Notes under the pieces: generated by a model
The model's database searches: none
Seen by the model: only the letters and a program-made list of their open reading frames with translations
Told to the model about the DNA's origin: nothing
Shown: one piece after another, positions 1 through 10,911 of the stretch
Position numbering within the stretch: the stretch's first letter is position 1
Layout: each line of letters starts with the position of its first letter
Source of the DNA: Alphaproteobacteria bacterium
Lineage (GTDB): Bacteria > Pseudomonadota > Alphaproteobacteria > RF32 > CAG-239
Reading direction: 5' to 3'
Assembly (NCBI GenBank): GCA_045597005.1
Contig: JAZODJ010000022.1
Coordinates: 51,379 to 115,378, forward strand
Length of the DNA: 64,000 nucleotides
Program-made: the position numbers and the translations under genes

Positions 1-126
1 ACCGTTTGGGGTGAAGTAACATCCGGTATGGAATTTGTCGATATGATAAAAAAAGGAACCGGAGCCAACGGTGAAGTAAACACCCCCGATGAAATTATAT
101 CAATGACCGTCATTGCTGATATCTGA
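1..126 (+). CDS. Peptidyl-prolyl cis-trans isomerase, cyclophilin type (3' fragment, 5' end outside window)
   Basis: Frame 1 is open from the window edge: TVWGEVTSGMEFVDMIKKGTGANGEVNTPDEIISMTVIADI, then TGA at 124-126. This resembles the C-terminus of bacterial cyclophilins (PpiA/PpiB). It is absent from the ORF track because it has no start codon. Confidence 0.6.
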   Translation, partial: TVWGEVTSGMEFVDMIKKGTGANGEVNTPDEIISMTVIADI

Positions 127-132
127 TTACCC

Positions 133-165
133 AAAGGCTCTTTCATCTGAAAGAGCCTTTTTTTA
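133..165. terminator. Rho-independent hairpin between convergent genes
   Basis: aaaggctctttc / atct / gaaagagccttt is a perfect 12-bp stem followed by a T-run. It sits between the PPIase stop (126) and the stop of the minus-strand ORF (163). Confidence 0.7.
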
Positions 166-465
166 ATCTTCATCATCTGTTCCAAAAAGTATATTCCATA
201 ATGGTTTTCGATAAATCCACAAATTAAATACTCCCAATACTACCGAAATCATTCCAAACAGATACAAAAAATAATACCAATTAAGTTGTTCGGCATTCAT
301 CATCACATCTTGTTGACTAACTTTAACAAAAGCAATTGCAATTGATGTCGCCGCAAAAGATATAATAAAAGCTATCATCCAAATTTTTTCTTTTAACCGT
401 TCACTGAGCAAAAAAGCCGTAATTATATAAAACAACAAAAATGCAAAAAACAAATATAGCTCCAT
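163..465 (-). CDS. Hypothetical small membrane protein
   Basis: 100-aa ORF with about 3 hydrophobic helices (LFFAFLLFYIITAFLL, MIAFIISFAATSIAIAF, FLYLFGMISVVLGVF). No recognisable family. Confidence 0.4.
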   Translation of the reverse strand: MELYLFFAFLLFYIITAFLLSERLKEKIWMIAFIISFAATSIAIAFVKVSQQDVMMNAEQLNWYYFLYLFGMISVVLGVFNLWIYRKPLWNILFGTDDED

Positions 466-583
466 TGATATATCTCCTAAAATCTTTTATCTGATTTTTT
501 ATATAATCATCAAAGCCTTTAAAACAACAACTTCGGTTTTTCGAAACTAAATAAAAGTTTCAAGAAAAACCGAAGTTATTGTT

Positions 584-973
584 TTATTTACCTAGGCTAT
601 CACCAAGGTAAACCAGTGCCATTGGCACTGTAAGAATCACCATAACAATTGGCCATTCCGCATCGAACACGTGGTTTACCACAATGTTCAATGCCATACC
701 TATCATTGCTACCAATGAAATATAGCAATGAGGGAGCAATTCGCTCCTCTTTTGGAATGGCTTATTATCTTCATCACTGCATCTTGCGATGAGGAAAAAG
801 ATAACCATAGCAATAGCGGAAATTTCCCAACTATCACCTGTGGCAACAACCACTGCAAAAGCAGCAATTATTGCCAGTGCAAAGATCTTTGACGCTCTGG
901 CGTCTTTGCTAAATACCAGAGAAATCATTACTGCTATCGCCATAATGATTACAGGAATTGTAAACATTCCCAT
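584..973 (-). CDS. Hypothetical integral membrane protein
   Basis: 129-aa ORF with about 4 predicted TM helices. No family recognised. The overlapping plus-strand ORF 789..1046 is treated as a shadow ORF. Confidence 0.4.
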   Translation of the reverse strand: MGMFTIPVIIMAIAVMISLVFSKDARASKIFALAIIAAFAVVVATGDSWEISAIAMVIFFLIARCSDEDNKPFQKRSELLPHCYISLVAMIGMALNIVVNHVFDAEWPIVMVILTVPMALVYLGDSLGK

Positions 974-1183
974 CTTTATTTATTTTTTTTCTTTCTTTAT
1001 TTGTTTCTTTTTTTACATGATATCCATTACAAAAGAAAAACATTAATGAAAATGTCCACTTTCAATCTATAATTTAAAAAAAATTACATTAATAAATACC
1101 ATACCTAGGGTAATTATATCACAAAATACCATCTCTTGCAAATACTTATCACATTCGGTAAAATAAATTTGTTTTTCAAACGA

Positions 1184-2941
1184 TTAGAATAAAAATTCTT
1201 TCATATCTACAACCGGCCAATTACCGTTAATAAGCTGTCCTAACGTATTATTATCTTTTCCAAATCGGATATTATAAATCCAATAATTAGCCATCACTCT
1301 TTCAATATAAATTCTGGTTTCTGCCGATGGTATAACCTCAATAAACAATAAAGGATCATTCCCGAAACGCGCATTCTTTTTCCATTTAACCAAATTCCCC
1401 GGCCCTCCGTTATATGCTGTCAGCATATAGAACAAATTTCCTTCAATAAACGGCTTATTCAACAAATATGAGACATACTTCTGTCCTAATTCCAAATTAT
1501 AATCCAAATTTAACAATTTGTTTTTTTGTTTTTTTATACTTCTATCTCCACTGACATGATATGCCGTATTCGGCATCAGTTGCATCAAACCTCTGGCTCC
1601 AGCCTTACTTGTAGCTTTATCCTTAAATGCCGATTCTTGTCTTATCAAAGCTAAAACAAGAGCCTTATCAACCTTCCAATCCTTATTTTCAGTCCAATCC
1701 GGTAAAGGATAAACCTCCTTTTCATATTTTCCGTTAAGATTAACAATATTTTTTTGTTTTGCTATATTAATTACCATTGAATGCATACCATATTGATTTG
1801 CCAACAAAATCACTGCCTCTTTTTGGCTATCGGTTAAACCGTCGTATGCAGCATAAAGTTCCTTTTCCGCCAACTCATTTTGTTTTATTTTCAATAATAT
1901 CAATGCTCTGCTTATTGCCTTAGATGCCAACATTTCATTAACATAATCAAACGTTGCAAAATCATTTATATAACTATCTTCATCAAAAGCAAAATCAAAA
2001 CTTTCTCCCAATTGATATGTCGCCAAAATTCCATAAAACGTATACTTATGAACCATTGCCAACTTAAGCATCTCTTTTGCTTTAAGGTGATTACCTAATT
2101 TTTCATACGCTCTGGCAGCCCAATAAGCCCCTGCTGATTTCAACCACTCATCCGAATTTTTTGAACTTCCGAGCCTTGCAAAATAACTGGCCGAAGCTTT
2201 ATAATTTTTTTTGCGCCATGTTGCCAAACCTGCAACCCACGTTGCTGTTCCCGAATTATGGCGTTTTGATGCAATTCTCGCCCATTCAAGAGCTTTTGTA
2301 TCATAATTATCAACCAAATATTTCAAAGCTAATGTTGCTGCCAAATTATCCCAATAAACCTTCGGTGCTAAACTCTGAAATTTTTTATTTTCCAATATCA
2401 ATCTTGCAGCCAAAGTTTTTCCTCTACGAATATTTCGTTTAAAATTTTTGGCCTGCTTAACCAAAAAACGTCTATCACTATTTGTTAATCTATCAAGATA
2501 TCTTAAAGACAATTTTTGAAACTCAATTTCCCCATCTGATTCCACATAAATAGGCTGTTTAGCTTCTTTACTTCCTTTTTTTATTGCTAATCTGTAAATT
2601 CTTTCTGCTTGAGGGTAATCTCTATACAATATTAGCCAATCTTCTAATTCTTCACGTGTCGATTTATAAACCGGATGCAGATATTTTTCGGCCAAAACAT
2701 GTCCCAACAAAATCGTATTATTCAGTTTTTTTACTAAATTATCAACTTTTTCAAAATCTTCATTTTTCAACGCCTTAAAAATATGTTTATATTTTTTTAT
2801 ATCCTTATCATCAACATCAAGATTTTCCATTACCCTATCATAAACAGAAGGTGTAACAACAACATTATCGGCTTTGACATCAAAACCAATAACACCGCTA
2901 TAAACAAAGACTAAAACTGCAATAATTTTCCTAATATGCAT
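1184..2941 (-). CDS. slt: Soluble lytic murein transglycosylase (Slt family)
   Basis: 585 aa with a signal peptide and a long helical superhelix region. The C-terminal SLT domain carries the catalytic motif LIRQESAFKDKATSKAGARGLMQLMPNTA and AYNGGPGN. Confidence 0.8.
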   Translation of the reverse strand: MHIRKIIAVLVFVYSGVIGFDVKADNVVVTPSVYDRVMENLDVDDKDIKKYKHIFKALKNEDFEKVDNLVKKLNNTILLGHVLAEKYLHPVYKSTREELEDWLILYRDYPQAERIYRLAIKKGSKEAKQPIYVESDGEIEFQKLSLRYLDRLTNSDRRFLVKQAKNFKRNIRRGKTLAARLILENKKFQSLAPKVYWDNLAATLALKYLVDNYDTKALEWARIASKRHNSGTATWVAGLATWRKKNYKASASYFARLGSSKNSDEWLKSAGAYWAARAYEKLGNHLKAKEMLKLAMVHKYTFYGILATYQLGESFDFAFDEDSYINDFATFDYVNEMLASKAISRALILLKIKQNELAEKELYAAYDGLTDSQKEAVILLANQYGMHSMVINIAKQKNIVNLNGKYEKEVYPLPDWTENKDWKVDKALVLALIRQESAFKDKATSKAGARGLMQLMPNTAYHVSGDRSIKKQKNKLLNLDYNLELGQKYVSYLLNKPFIEGNLFYMLTAYNGGPGNLVKWKKNARFGNDPLLFIEVIPSAETRIYIERVMANYWIYNIRFGKDNNTLGQLINGNWPVVDMKEFLF

Positions 2942-2945
2942 ATTT

Positions 2946-3608
2946 TTATTTCGACAACCAAACTAATTTATTTGCACACTCTGCAGCGGTCATCCCTTTA
3001 ACTCTGCATCTGTTTACAATAATGTTTGGAGCCTTATCCATATTATAACATCCATCTCCTATTAATGAATAATTATAATATGTCTGAGTATTAGGCTTAA
3101 CATCTGCAAATGATAAAGCGGTAGTCATTCCCGGCCACACCAACTTTATATCAAGTGCCGTAATTTTCCTATCCAGATTCGATAAAATATTAAACCGCAC
3201 ATCACAAGTTGCACCGCTAGCCAAATAATTTGTAACCTTAAAGTTATCATAAAACAAAAATATATTATCAACTTTCTTCATTCGACCTTTGTCATCAACT
3301 TCAACAAAAGCCTTTCCTCCCCTTGTAGATCCGTCAAACGTCGGCGTATTAAGACGATGAAGCTCACCTTCCGGAATAAATATATCCTCTTTTTGTTGCT
3401 CAGCAACCTCAGATGCCGCACCACCATCAGCCATATTTTTATTTAATGCCTGTGATATCTGATTAACAGGATCGACATTGCTATCTACAACACTTTCAAC
3501 AAAATTTCCTTTGCTGCTTTTGGAACTACTATCTAAAGACAGCATCTGAGCATTAACATCAAATACAAACAACGCCGTGATCAATAACAAGAGTCTTTTC
3601 ATCGCCAT
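2946..3608 (-). CDS. Hypothetical secreted protein
   Basis: 220 aa with N-terminal signal peptide MKRLLLLITALFVFDVNAQ. Tightly spaced with slt. No family recognised. Confidence 0.5.
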   Translation of the reverse strand: MAMKRLLLLITALFVFDVNAQMLSLDSSSKSSKGNFVESVVDSNVDPVNQISQALNKNMADGGAASEVAEQQKEDIFIPEGELHRLNTPTFDGSTRGGKAFVEVDDKGRMKKVDNIFLFYDNFKVTNYLASGATCDVRFNILSNLDRKITALDIKLVWPGMTTALSFADVKPNTQTYYNYSLIGDGCYNMDKAPNIIVNRCRVKGMTAAECANKLVWLSK

Positions 3609-3626
3609 TTTGCTCCTAACAAATGA

Positions 3627-4376
3627 TTACTCTTCTTCTGCTGTTTCCTCTTTCTTTGCTAACTCTGCATTCACTTCATTGGTAATATCTTTAATTTTTG
3701 CTACTGTAGCCTCATAAGTCGCATTAATCTCGTTTTTAACCTTAGCTAGTTCAGCATCTTCAACAGCCATCATCTGTTCTGGAGAAAGTTCCTTAAATTC
3801 TGTATAATATTCAGCATCCTTAGGGCCGACATAACGAAACAAATTATCACATCCTTGACGAGAAACCCTATCATTCATTGATGCTGTACCACAATTGGTA
3901 ACATTAACATCCATCTCATTCAATAACAAGAAACAACGATCTGTATCAACCTTAGTTTTCATCGAAACTTGTTGATTCATCTTCAACGGAGGCAATTTAA
4001 TTGATGTTTTAATAGTTTTCCCGGTAAATCCTGCCGTTCCGTAACGTGGCGCAGCACTTCTGGAATTCAATCGTTTACGCTCTTTTTCAGCACGTTCTTC
4101 CTGATCAATAGCATCGCCGATAACTTCATCTTCCCACGACAAATTAATAGCTGCATTAGCTATATCAATTTTTGTTCTATTATAAAACGTAGCTCCCACA
4201 TTACAATACAGTACTTTCCCTTCATTGTCTTTTTCAGGAACAACATCATGAATCTTAAACAAAACCTCGCCGTTATCAACTTCATCACTTTTAGGTGCAG
4301 CCTCACACAAACCGGCAACAACCAATGCTGTAGAAAAACCTAAAACCCGAACCAAAATCTTTGCACTGTTATTCAT
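3627..4376 (-). CDS. Hypothetical secreted protein
   Basis: The ORF track gives 3627..4406. The internal ATG at 4374-4376 is preceded by agagg and yields MNNSAKILVRVLGFSTALVVAGLCEA, a signal peptide. Acidic coiled-coil C-terminus. Confidence 0.5.
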   Translation of the reverse strand: MNNSAKILVRVLGFSTALVVAGLCEAAPKSDEVDNGEVLFKIHDVVPEKDNEGKVLYCNVGATFYNRTKIDIANAAINLSWEDEVIGDAIDQEERAEKERKRLNSRSAAPRYGTAGFTGKTIKTSIKLPPLKMNQQVSMKTKVDTDRCFLLLNEMDVNVTNCGTASMNDRVSRQGCDNLFRYVGPKDAEYYTEFKELSPEQMMAVEDAELAKVKNEINATYEATVAKIKDITNEVNAELAKKEETAEEE

Positions 4377-4474
4377 CTTAATTACCTCTAAAAACATAAA
4401 TACCAACCACTAAGTTCATAATATAAATATTTTTAGTAAAATACCATTAAATATTAAAATATTTACTAACTTTG

Positions 4475-5266
4475 TTAATTATTTTTTTCCAATTCTTTTT
4501 TCAAACGCAAAAAATCACTCCATGCTCTGGCTTTTTGAGCCGGTGTTCTGAGCAAATATGCAGGATGATACCCCGCCAAAACTTTTATTTTTTTACCCTG
4601 TTCCGTTTCATACTCCATCCATTTTCCTCTAAGACGAGAAATACTGTCAGAATTTCCCAATAACGCATTAACCGCAACAGCTCCCAATATAAAAATGATA
4701 TCAGGATTAACGATTTCGATCTGCTTTTTTAAAAACGGCAAACAAACTGCAATTTCAGAATCTGCCGGCGCTCGATTTCCCGGTGGGCGCCAAGGCAAAA
4801 TATTGCATATATAACAACTTTCTCTGTCTATACCTATTGCTCCTAGCATCTTATCCAAAAGCTGCCCGCTTCTTCCGACAAAAGCTCGTCCTATTCTATC
4901 CTCTTCTGCTCCGGGAGCTTCGCCTATAAACATTAACTTTGCTGCCGGATTACCATCACCCATAACCGTATGCGCGGCAGTATTTTTCAATGCACACCCG
5001 TCAAAACTTTCAACAATTTTTCGCAACTCCTCAATCGTTGAAACATTTTCACACAAACCTGATGCATTTCTGACAGCCTCGCCCGCAACAATAGCCAAAT
5101 GAGATGTAGCCGGACGCAACTGTTCTGTCTTCTCACTCACCACATTTTTTTTCTTCGCATTATCGGTTATTGCTATGCCAAAAGGTTCACTACCGCAAGT
5201 GTCTTCAACTCCGGCCAACGCATAAAACTCAAGCAACGCTTTTATATTTAAATCATTAACATCCAT
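4475..5266 (-). CDS. Uracil-DNA glycosylase, family 4
   Basis: Motifs GEAPGAEEDRIGRAFVGRSGQLLDKML and NILPWRPPGNR, plus HPAYLLR near the C-terminus, are typical of family-4 UDGs. There is an N-terminal extension. Confidence 0.75.
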   Translation of the reverse strand: MDVNDLNIKALLEFYALAGVEDTCGSEPFGIAITDNAKKKNVVSEKTEQLRPATSHLAIVAGEAVRNASGLCENVSTIEELRKIVESFDGCALKNTAAHTVMGDGNPAAKLMFIGEAPGAEEDRIGRAFVGRSGQLLDKMLGAIGIDRESCYICNILPWRPPGNRAPADSEIAVCLPFLKKQIEIVNPDIIFILGAVAVNALLGNSDSISRLRGKWMEYETEQGKKIKVLAGYHPAYLLRTPAQKARAWSDFLRLKKELEKNN

Positions 5267-5403
5267 ATCACAAACTTAAAATAAATATTATCAGCACGCA
5301 AGAACAAACATTTATTTGCACAAATTTAATCATATATTCATAAACCTATTGTATCATATGTAAAATGTGTTTAATGTAAAGATAGTTGTTTTAGGAAATT
5401 CAA

Positions 5404-7179
5404 ATGAACAAAATGTCATTCATATCTGTGTTGTTAGTTTCGACGGCAATTTTTGTGTCTTGTTCGCCGACCATAAGTAAACATCCTACTTTTCAAACAA
5501 CATCTGAAGAAACACTTAGCACACAAATATCCACCAATGCATATGGTTCTTATCTTGCCGGTCGCGTTGCCCACATTCGCAAAGACTTCGGTAATGCTGC
5601 CGACTACTACGAACTGGCTTACTCATACAACAAAGATAATCCGGAATTACTCGACAAACTTTACCTATTATTGACTTCACAAGGACGTATTGACGAAGCG
5701 GCATACTATGCTGATCTTGCCATAAAAGCCAAAAGCAACAACAACTTTGCACATATGGTTTGCGCTATAAACCTTATGAAAAAAGGTAACTATGAACAAT
5801 CAATAGATCGCATTAAACAAATCAAAGATCCTATATATCACTCTCTTATCGGTCCGATGATAAATGCATGGAACTATGCCGGCCTTAATAATCCGACCAA
5901 ATCATTTTCAGAACTTAACAAACTGAATAAAGAAACCAATTTCAAATCAATTTACAGAATTCATTATGCAATGTTGCTTGACTTCTTTGGCAAAAATCGC
6001 GAAGCTGAAGAAGCATACACAGCTATATTATCAGATAAAAATTCTGAAATTTCAGTACGATTACTCGATATAATAACCAATTTTTATCTGCGTACCAATC
6101 AAAAAGACAAAGCCGTTGCAATGATGAACGCCACAATTAACAACCAAAATTTAGACACTCTTTTAAGATCTTTGCATAACAATGTATTAGCGGCTGATAA
6201 CAATATCTCTCCGATTATTTCATCGGCATCAATCGGCGCCGGAGAGGCATTATTCACAATAGCTTCTACCTTTCGTTATGATGATGCTATTGATGTAGCT
6301 CATATGTACAATGCTCTGGCTATATACGTAAGCCCAAACTATTCAACAGCTAAAATACTTATGGCTGATATTCTTGAAGCTCGTGAAATGATTAAAGATG
6401 CTAACCAAATATATGACAGCATTAATGTTAAAGATATTGCCTATTATCCGGCACAACTTAAAAAAGCACGCAATTTAGTTAAACAAGAAAATTACGAAGC
6501 TGCTGAAGAATTACTAAAAAAACTTAGCCGAAAATTTGATGATTTACAAACATATATGGAACTTGGTGATGTTTTACGCCTGAATAATCGCTATAAAGAA
6601 GCAATTAAATTTTATGATAAAGCAATTGCCAAAACAGATAATCCTGTTAATTTGTGGGTATTATATTATGCTAAAGGTGTTGCTCAGGAACGTCTTGGCG
6701 ATTGGGAAGATGCCGAAAAAACGTTAATGAAAGCATATAACATAAAAAAACACTATCTTGTATTAAACTATATCGGCTATTCATGGATTCGACAAAACAA
6801 AAATATTGACGAAGCTTTTTCTATGATTGTCGATGCGTATAATCAAGCTCCTTTTGATCCCAGCATTAATGACAGTCTTGGTTTTGCACTATACAATCTT
6901 GGCTACTATACTATGGCTCTCCCTTATTTGGAACGAGCAGCCGAACTCTATCCTTCATCTGCAGTTATAAGCTCTCACCTTGGTGATGCCTACTGGTTTG
7001 CACACCGCAAAAATGAAGCAAAATTTCAATGGCAACATGCTCTTAAACTGAAAGATGACAGTGGCGAATTGGATATTGATACAACCAAAACCAAAATAGC
7101 TAAAGGCTTAAAAAACGAACCATCTCTCACATACAACAAAGAAAAAATCGAAGAAACAATTAAAAAAATAAAAAAATAA
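5404..7179 (+). CDS. TPR-repeat protein, probably lipoprotein/periplasmic
   Basis: 591 aa. N-terminus MSFISVLLVSTAIFVSCS looks like a lipobox. Multiple TPR-like A/Y/L heptads run throughout (e.g. GNAADYYELAY, YKEAIKFYDKAI, LGDAYWFAHRKNEAKFQWQHAL). Confidence 0.6.
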   Translation: MNKMSFISVLLVSTAIFVSCSPTISKHPTFQTTSEETLSTQISTNAYGSYLAGRVAHIRKDFGNAADYYELAYSYNKDNPELLDKLYLLLTSQGRIDEAAYYADLAIKAKSNNNFAHMVCAINLMKKGNYEQSIDRIKQIKDPIYHSLIGPMINAWNYAGLNNPTKSFSELNKLNKETNFKSIYRIHYAMLLDFFGKNREAEEAYTAILSDKNSEISVRLLDIITNFYLRTNQKDKAVAMMNATINNQNLDTLLRSLHNNVLAADNNISPIISSASIGAGEALFTIASTFRYDDAIDVAHMYNALAIYVSPNYSTAKILMADILEAREMIKDANQIYDSINVKDIAYYPAQLKKARNLVKQENYEAAEELLKKLSRKFDDLQTYMELGDVLRLNNRYKEAIKFYDKAIAKTDNPVNLWVLYYAKGVAQERLGDWEDAEKTLMKAYNIKKHYLVLNYIGYSWIRQNKNIDEAFSMIVDAYNQAPFDPSINDSLGFALYNLGYYTMALPYLERAAELYPSSAVISSHLGDAYWFAHRKNEAKFQWQHALKLKDDSGELDIDTTKTKIAKGLKNEPSLTYNKEKIEETIKKIKK

Positions 7180-7206
7180 AAAATTTTTGTAACAAAACAT
7201 CTAAAA

Positions 7207-7238
7207 AATAAGCCCTTTAATTAGGGCTTATTTTTCTT
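7207..7238. terminator. Bidirectional rho-independent terminator
   Basis: ataagccct / ttaatt / agggcttat is flanked by A-run and T-run, between the convergent TPR gene and clpX. Confidence 0.7.
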
Positions 7239-7245
7239 TTCAATT

Positions 7246-8502
7246 TCACACTGCCTTTTTATTTTCTCTGGCTTTTATAAATTTAGGAGCTTTTTTATCA
7301 TTAATGACCTTATCATCAATAACTATTTCCGCAATATCCTTTTTATCTGGAATTTCATACATAAGCTCCAACAACGCCTCTTCCATAATAGCCCTAAGCC
7401 CACGAGCTCCTGTTTTTCTTTCAATAGCTTTTTTCGCTACGGCTTTCAATGCTCCATCTGTGAATGTAAGTTTTACATCTTCCATATCAAACATGGTTTT
7501 ATATTGCTTAACAAGAGCATTTTTAGGCTCTGTCAACACTCTAACCAATGCTTCTTCACTTAAATCTTCTAATGTTGCAATAATAGGCAGACGACCTACA
7601 AATTCCGGTATCATACCATATTTAAGCAAATCTTCCGGCTGAACATCTTTGATAATTTCACCGATATTACGTTCTTCCTTAGTTGCAACTTTTGCTCCAA
7701 AACCTATTGATGTTTCCTTTCCTCTGCGTCCTACAATTTTTTCCAATCCGGCAAACGCACCACCACAAATAAACAAAATATTTGTGGTATCAACATGTAA
7801 AAATTCCTGCTGAGGATGTTTTCTACCTCCTTGAGGAGGAACATTTGCAACCGTACCTTCAATAATCTTCAACAGCGCCTGTTGCACTCCCTCACCCGAA
7901 ACATCACGCGTAATTGATGCACTATCTGATTTTCGAGTAATTTTATCAATTTCATCGATATACACTATTCCTCGTTGCGCCTTTTCAATATCATAATTAG
8001 CATTTTGAACCAATTTTAATATAATATTTTCTACATCTTCTCCAACATATCCTGCTTCAGTCAAAGTTGTAGCATCAGCAATAGCAAACGGAACATCCAA
8101 AATTTTTGCTAACGTTTGAGCAAGCAATGTTTTACCGCACCCTGTCGAACCTATCAAAATAACATTTGATTTCGCAATATCCACATCGCTGTTATTTTTC
8201 TTTGAATTAAGACGCTTATAATGATTATAAACTGCAACAGCCAACACCTTTTTAGCCAAATCTTGACCAATTACATACTGATCCAAAAATTCTTTAATTT
8301 TCGATGGAGAAGGCAAACTGTCAAAAACAACTTTACCCTCTGCTTTTTCCATTTCCTTAATTTCTTCGGAAACAATACTTATACAAACCTCAATACACTC
8401 ATCGCAAATATAAACGCCTCTACCTGCCACAAGCTTTTTTACCTCATCTTGGCTTTTGCCACAAAATGAACAATGTAATTTTTCTTCTGCCATTATATTC
8501 AA
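7246..8502 (-). CDS. clpX: ATP-dependent Clp protease ATP-binding subunit ClpX
   Basis: N-terminal zinc finger CSFCGK...CDEC, Walker A GSTGCGKT, Walker [10 protein letters not shown], and GARGLR near the C-terminus. Located immediately downstream of clpP. Confidence 0.95.
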   Translation of the reverse strand: MNIMAEEKLHCSFCGKSQDEVKKLVAGRGVYICDECIEVCISIVSEEIKEMEKAEGKVVFDSLPSPSKIKEFLDQYVIGQDLAKKVLAVAVYNHYKRLNSKKNNSDVDIAKSNVILIGSTGCGKTLLAQTLAKILDVPFAIADATTLTEAGYVGEDVENIILKLVQNANYDIEKAQRGIVYIDEIDKITRKSDSASITRDVSGEGVQQALLKIIEGTVANVPPQGGRKHPQQEFLHVDTTNILFICGGAFAGLEKIVGRRGKETSIGFGAKVATKEERNIGEIIKDVQPEDLLKYGMIPEFVGRLPIIATLEDLSEEALVRVLTEPKNALVKQYKTMFDMEDVKLTFTDGALKAVAKKAIERKTGARGLRAIMEEALLELMYEIPDKKDIAEIVIDDKVINDKKAPKFIKARENKKAV

Positions 8503-8505
8503 TCC

Positions 8506-9120
8506 TTATTTGCTTAATTCTTCACGACTTGTTACAATATGATCAATAAGTCCGAACTTCTTAGCTTCTTGAGGCGTCATAAAATTATCACGCTCCATTG
8601 CCGCTTCAATAATGTTGAGTTTTTTTCCTGTGTGAGATGCATATATCTGATTCAATCGTTTTTTCATATCCAAAATTTCTTTAGCATGAATCTCAATATC
8701 CGTAGCCTGACCTCTGAAACCACCGGATGGTTGATGAATCATTATTCTGGCATTTGGCAAAGCAAATCTTTTTCCTTTTGCACCACCGGCCAACAACAAA
8801 GACCCCATAGAACAAGCCTGTCCTATGCACAATGTATTAACATCACACGAAATATATTGCATTGTATCGTACATAGCCATTCCTGATGTAACAACTCCAC
8901 CAGGTGAATTTATATAAAAGAAAATATCCTTTTTTGGATCTTCTGCTTCCAAAAATAAAAGCTGAGCACAAACCAAAGCCGAAACTTCATCGTTAACCTC
9001 TCCTGTTAAAAAGATAATTCTTTCTTTAAGAAGCCTTGAAAAAATATCAAATGAACGCTCACCCCGTGATGTTTGTTCAATAACCATCGGTACTAAACTG
9101 TCTCTGATTTCACTCATCAT
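8506..9120 (-). CDS. clpP: ATP-dependent Clp protease proteolytic subunit ClpP
   Basis: [29 protein letters not shown] and the catalytic region [11 protein letters not shown]...IMIHQPSGG. The track ORF extends to a GTG at 9153. ATG at 9118-9120 (MMSEIRD) with aagga upstream is preferred. Confidence 0.95.
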   Translation of the reverse strand: MMSEIRDSLVPMVIEQTSRGERSFDIFSRLLKERIIFLTGEVNDEVSALVCAQLLFLEAEDPKKDIFFYINSPGGVVTSGMAMYDTMQYISCDVNTLCIGQACSMGSLLLAGGAKGKRFALPNARIMIHQPSGGFRGQATDIEIHAKEILDMKKRLNQIYASHTGKKLNIIEAAMERDNFMTPQEAKKFGLIDHIVTSREELSK

Positions 9121-9204
9121 TTTCTTTATCCTTATAATAAAATAAAAAGCCACTTACCTTATTTTCGCATATCATAATATAATCAACAAATTATTAAGAA
9201 AAAC

Positions 9205-9243
9205 TATTTTTTCAAAAAAAATCTCTCAAGCTTAAAACTTGAG
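9205..9243. terminator. Rho-independent terminator downstream of tig
   Basis: atctctcaag / cttaaaa / cttgagagat is a 10-bp perfect stem flanked by A8 and T6 runs. Confidence 0.7.
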
Positions 9244-9270
9244 AGATTTTTTATCTCATAAAAACTATTC

Positions 9271-10626
9271 TTAAGCTGACTTTTTAGAAGTTTTTTTCGT
9301 ATTTTTCTTTTCTTCGTCAAACTTATAAAGCTCTTCAACAGAAACTGTTTTTTCGCTTAACTTAACCTTCGAAACGATATAATCAATAATTTTTTCTTCA
9401 AAAATAGGAGCTTTCAAAGCTTCTACAGCTTGTTTGTTTTTCAAATAATAATCCAAAACCATTTGTTCTTGTCCCGGATATTTCTTTGCTTCATTCATAA
9501 TCGCAGCATTAATATCTTCAGGTTTAATGCTGACTTTAGCATCTTGTCCTACTTCCGACAACAACAAACCAAGTTTAACTCTTCTAACTGCAATATCCTT
9601 ATACTCTTTTAACAAATCTTCTTCTTTTTTATTTTTTTCTTCTTCATCAAGCTGATTATATTTTTTAGCCTGCTCATACTGATTAACAATAGCTTTATAT
9701 TCCGCATCAACCAACGAAGAAGGAACTTCAAATTCATATTCCTTATCCAAAACATCCAACAACTGACGTTTCAATTTCATGCGTGAAGCATTATCATAAT
9801 CAGCTTTAATACGTGAAGACAAATTCTCTTTCAATTTATCTAAGCTTTCTGCTCCCAAAGATTTTGCCAATTCATCATTAATTTCAACAGCTTTTGCTTC
9901 ACGAACCTCTTTAACGGTAACAGCAAAAACTGAATCTTTTCCAGCCAAATCTTTTGCATGATAATTTTCAGGGAACTTAACTTTTACGTCAACCTTATCA
10001 CCTGCTTTAGAACCGATTAATTGCTCCTCAAACCCCGGAATAAAAGAACCTGAACCAAGTTCCAAAGGATAATTATTTCCTTTTCCGCCATTAAATTCCA
10101 CACCATCAACAGATCCGACAAAATCAATCATAACAGTGTCACCTTTTTCGGCAACTTTTCCTTCAACAGCAACGGTTTCTTTTCTGGAATTTGCAAGATA
10201 CGAAACAGCTTTTTCAACTTCTTCAGCCGGAACTTCAGCAACTTGTTTATCTAAACTTATTTTTGAAAAATCCCCTAACTTAATTTCAGGAAGAACTTCA
10301 ACATCCATATCAAATTCAAGATCTTTATCTTCGCCGAAAGAAACGATTTTTATTGAAGGTTGTGTCGCAGGACGCAACTTTTTGTCATCCAAAACCTTAT
10401 TACTTCCGTTACGTACAGCTTCATCCAATGCTTCAGCCATAACTTCATTACCATATTTTTTCTTAATCATTGCCAACGGAGCTTTTCCAGTTCTAAACCC
10501 TTGTATCTTAGCATTCTTTGCAATACTGTTCAATTTAGCTTCAACATCCTTGGCAAAATCTTTTTTGTCAACGATAACTTTGTAAGACTTATTTAAGCCT
10601 TCTGATTTTAATTCGGTAACTTTCAT
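9271..10626 (-). CDS. tig: Trigger factor
   Basis: 451 aa. N-terminal ribosome-binding region with GFRTGKAP (the GFRxGxxP signature), a central FKBP-like domain (DFVGSVDGVEFNGG), and conserved tig-clpP-clpX order. Confidence 0.9.
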   Translation of the reverse strand: MKVTELKSEGLNKSYKVIVDKKDFAKDVEAKLNSIAKNAKIQGFRTGKAPLAMIKKKYGNEVMAEALDEAVRNGSNKVLDDKKLRPATQPSIKIVSFGEDKDLEFDMDVEVLPEIKLGDFSKISLDKQVAEVPAEEVEKAVSYLANSRKETVAVEGKVAEKGDTVMIDFVGSVDGVEFNGGKGNNYPLELGSGSFIPGFEEQLIGSKAGDKVDVKVKFPENYHAKDLAGKDSVFAVTVKEVREAKAVEINDELAKSLGAESLDKLKENLSSRIKADYDNASRMKLKRQLLDVLDKEYEFEVPSSLVDAEYKAIVNQYEQAKKYNQLDEEEKNKKEEDLLKEYKDIAVRRVKLGLLLSEVGQDAKVSIKPEDINAAIMNEAKKYPGQEQMVLDYYLKNKQAVEALKAPIFEEKIIDYIVSKVKLSEKTVSVEELYKFDEEKKNTKKTSKKSA

Positions 10627-10670
10627 TAAATTTCTCTTTCTTTACAAAAAAACCACCTTCGGCTAAAAAG

Positions 10671-10755
10671 TGGTGCGGGTGAAGGGACTTGAACCCCCAC
10701 TCCTCACGGAACCAGATCCTAAGTCTGGCGCGTCTACCAGTTCCGCCACACCCGC
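10671..10755 (-). tRNA. tRNA-Leu (anticodon UAG)
   Basis: The reverse complement reads gcgggtg tg gcggaactggtagacgc g ccaga cttagga tctgg ttccgtgaggagt gggggttcaagtccc ttcacccgc a cca. It has a long variable arm, anticodon loop ctTAGga, and an encoded CCA. Confidence 0.9.
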
Positions 10756-10911
10756 TTTGGGTTACAAAAAGCCTTTTTAATTGCCTGAATACTAACTTAA
10801 TATTTTTTTAAATCAAGCATAAATTAACAATGCAAACAAAATTATTGTAATATCATTCAATATTTTATAATATACCTCCAGACATTCGATTAATTTTGTG
10901 GGGTATATATC